A DNA stretch of 64,000 nt. Origin: Fibrobacteria bacterium (lineage in GTDB: Bacteria; Fibrobacterota; Fibrobacteria; UBA11236). Numbering within the stretch: position 1 is the first letter of the stretch; the number at the start of each line of letters is the position of its first letter. The stretch covers positions 1-64,000 of the forward strand of contig JBGTHM010000126.1 in NCBI GenBank assembly GCA_041746255.1, given 5' to 3'. Shown one piece after another: positions 62,763-64,000 of this stretch. The notes below the pieces were generated by a model, which was given only the letters and a program-made list of their open reading frames with translations, searched no databases and was not told where the DNA came from. Both the position numbers and the translations under genes were made by a program.

Positions 62763-64000
62763 TCAGGTATTGGACTTAACGCAAGGCATAAACCATTCCT
62801 TGCCTACGCTGTTGGTCTGAGGAATCTGGGTGGGAGCCTTGAATTTGAAGGTTTCATAAAAGGGCCGACGATACTCGCTGGTCCATTGGCTGAAAGCCTG
62901 ATTGGCGCTTTGTTCAATAATACCGAGACCGTGGAATAAACGGAAGATTCCCAATTCCCGGCACCAATTGCACAGCCGGTCGGAAACCCTCAAATTATTG
63001 CTTCCTCCGAAAATATCCGCGTTGTGATGCGACCCATTCATCAAACACTTGAATTCGGGATGGTATCGCCCATCCACTCCGAAAGCGCCCACCAATTTAT
63101 CGGTGCTCTTATTAAATTCACCCTGGTAAACCAGGTGTTTCCAAGGCAGTTCTTCGCATTTGTTTCCGGGGGTGACATTATTGATGGAACTGAAACTGAC
63201 CCGTCCGTGGCCCCGGTCGTAATATTCATCGGCAACTCTGCCAAATGAATGGAAAAACTCATGGTGCTGGGAAAGTGCATAGGCGACGCTGACACTTTGC
63301 CTGGAATTGGCGGGATTTGCATGGGATCGGGCGAAACCGGAAAATCCGCTGCGTCCTCGGGCCGGATCGAATATTGCGAATTGGACCACCCAATTCCGGG
63401 CCCTTCCATCGAAATGCTTGGGAGAAAATGGATGGCGTTTCAGTAACTCCCAAATCTTGGCCGTTGTATGCGTTTGATTGCCGGTATGTCCGCCGATTTC
63501 GATTTTGAAATAGGTATCTCCACCCATATGTGCAGCCGATGCCACGGGAAGCGTCCAGATGACGAAAGCTTCTTTGAAGGAGTTCAGGGGGTCGAGGCTG
63601 AAAACGTCCGCATACCAACTCTTAACATCAGCCAGATAACGGCCGGCATCAATGTCCTTTTGGGTGTAGCCTTCGGGCAAGTATAAAACATGATACATTT
63701 CCTCCTTGGGAATCTTAACGGTCTTCCCAGTGGCAAAATTGGTTACCAGGCCCGATCCGATAAAAAATTGTTGGAACCCCACCCCCCTTTTCAAAGTTAC
63801 GTCCGGCAGCTTTCCAGCGGACCGATTGGCTACGGCCATCACGGCATCCTCAGAACCGGCTTTGTTGAAATGCAAAGAATCGGCGTCGGCGGCGGTTTTG
63901 AATAGGGGCGCTAATGCCTCTGGTTGCCGCCCATCGCCCTGGGAAGAACCCTGAATGACATAATTCCGTTCGCCTACCACCAGCCGGAGAATTCGATGGG
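62763..64000 (-). CDS. M64 (IgA peptidase-like) zinc metallopeptidase; 5' end lies beyond the window
   Basis: LPEGYT, HEFFHSFGRVADEY, YHP...CLM, C..C motifs. Confidence 0.7.
   Translation of the reverse strand, partial: HRILRLVVGERNYVIQGSSQGDGRQPEALAPLFKTAADADSLHFNKAGSEDAVMAVANRSAGKLPDVTLKRGVGFQQFFIGSGLVTNFATGKTVKIPKEEMYHVLYLPEGYTQKDIDAGRYLADVKSWYADVFSLDPLNSFKEAFVIWTLPVASAAHMGGDTYFKIEIGGHTGNQTHTTAKIWELLKRHPFSPKHFDGRARNWVVQFAIFDPARGRSGFSGFARSHANPANSRQSVSVAYALSQHHEFFHSFGRVADEYYDRGHGRVSFSSINNVTPGNKCEELPWKHLVYQGEFNKSTDKLVGAFGVDGRYHPEFKCLMNGSHHNADIFGGSNNLRVSDRLCNWCRELGIFRLFHGLGIIEQSANQAFSQWTSEYRRPFYETFKFKAPTQIPQTNSVGKEWFMPCVKSNT

Overview
Bacterial window, probably FCB group and possibly Fibrobacterota. 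This is inferred from several secreted proteins with T9SS-like C-terminal tails and from Bacteroidota-style gene clusters. (1) 1-23306 is the right part of a decaying heavy-metal genomic island. It ends at a 3' tRNA-Gly(GCC) fragment (att site) preceded by phased short repeats, and an IS21-type end lies at the left edge. The island carries a CorE-like Cys-rich ECF sigma factor, three exact TGTAAG-N16-CGTCT promoters, copZ/copA, copB, two DUF3347 proteins, an archaeal-type (type II) GAPDH, czcCBA and several pseudogene fragments. (2) 23.5-39.5 kb holds a PL6/chondroitinase-B-like lyase, a second Bacteroidota-type Cu/Ag RND cluster, a matrixin-Ig-cohesin-dockerin-cohesin protein with a separately encoded partner, GrpB and a hybrid histidine kinase. 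(3) 39.8-51.8 kb is an 11-gene co-directional cluster that looks like an uncharacterised synthase-dependent, O-acetylated exopolysaccharide system: two TPR proteins, a beta-propeller, an outer-membrane barrel, MBOAT, SGNH, rfbF, rfbG, a reductase, a PilZ-less GT2 synthase and GH26. (4) 51.8-64 kb is housekeeping and miscellaneous genes (pyrC, metallophosphoesterase, LTA-synthase family, PQQ-type sugar dehydrogenase, DUF3516-type helicase, map, M64-like peptidase). All family calls come from motif recognition by eye, not from database searches.
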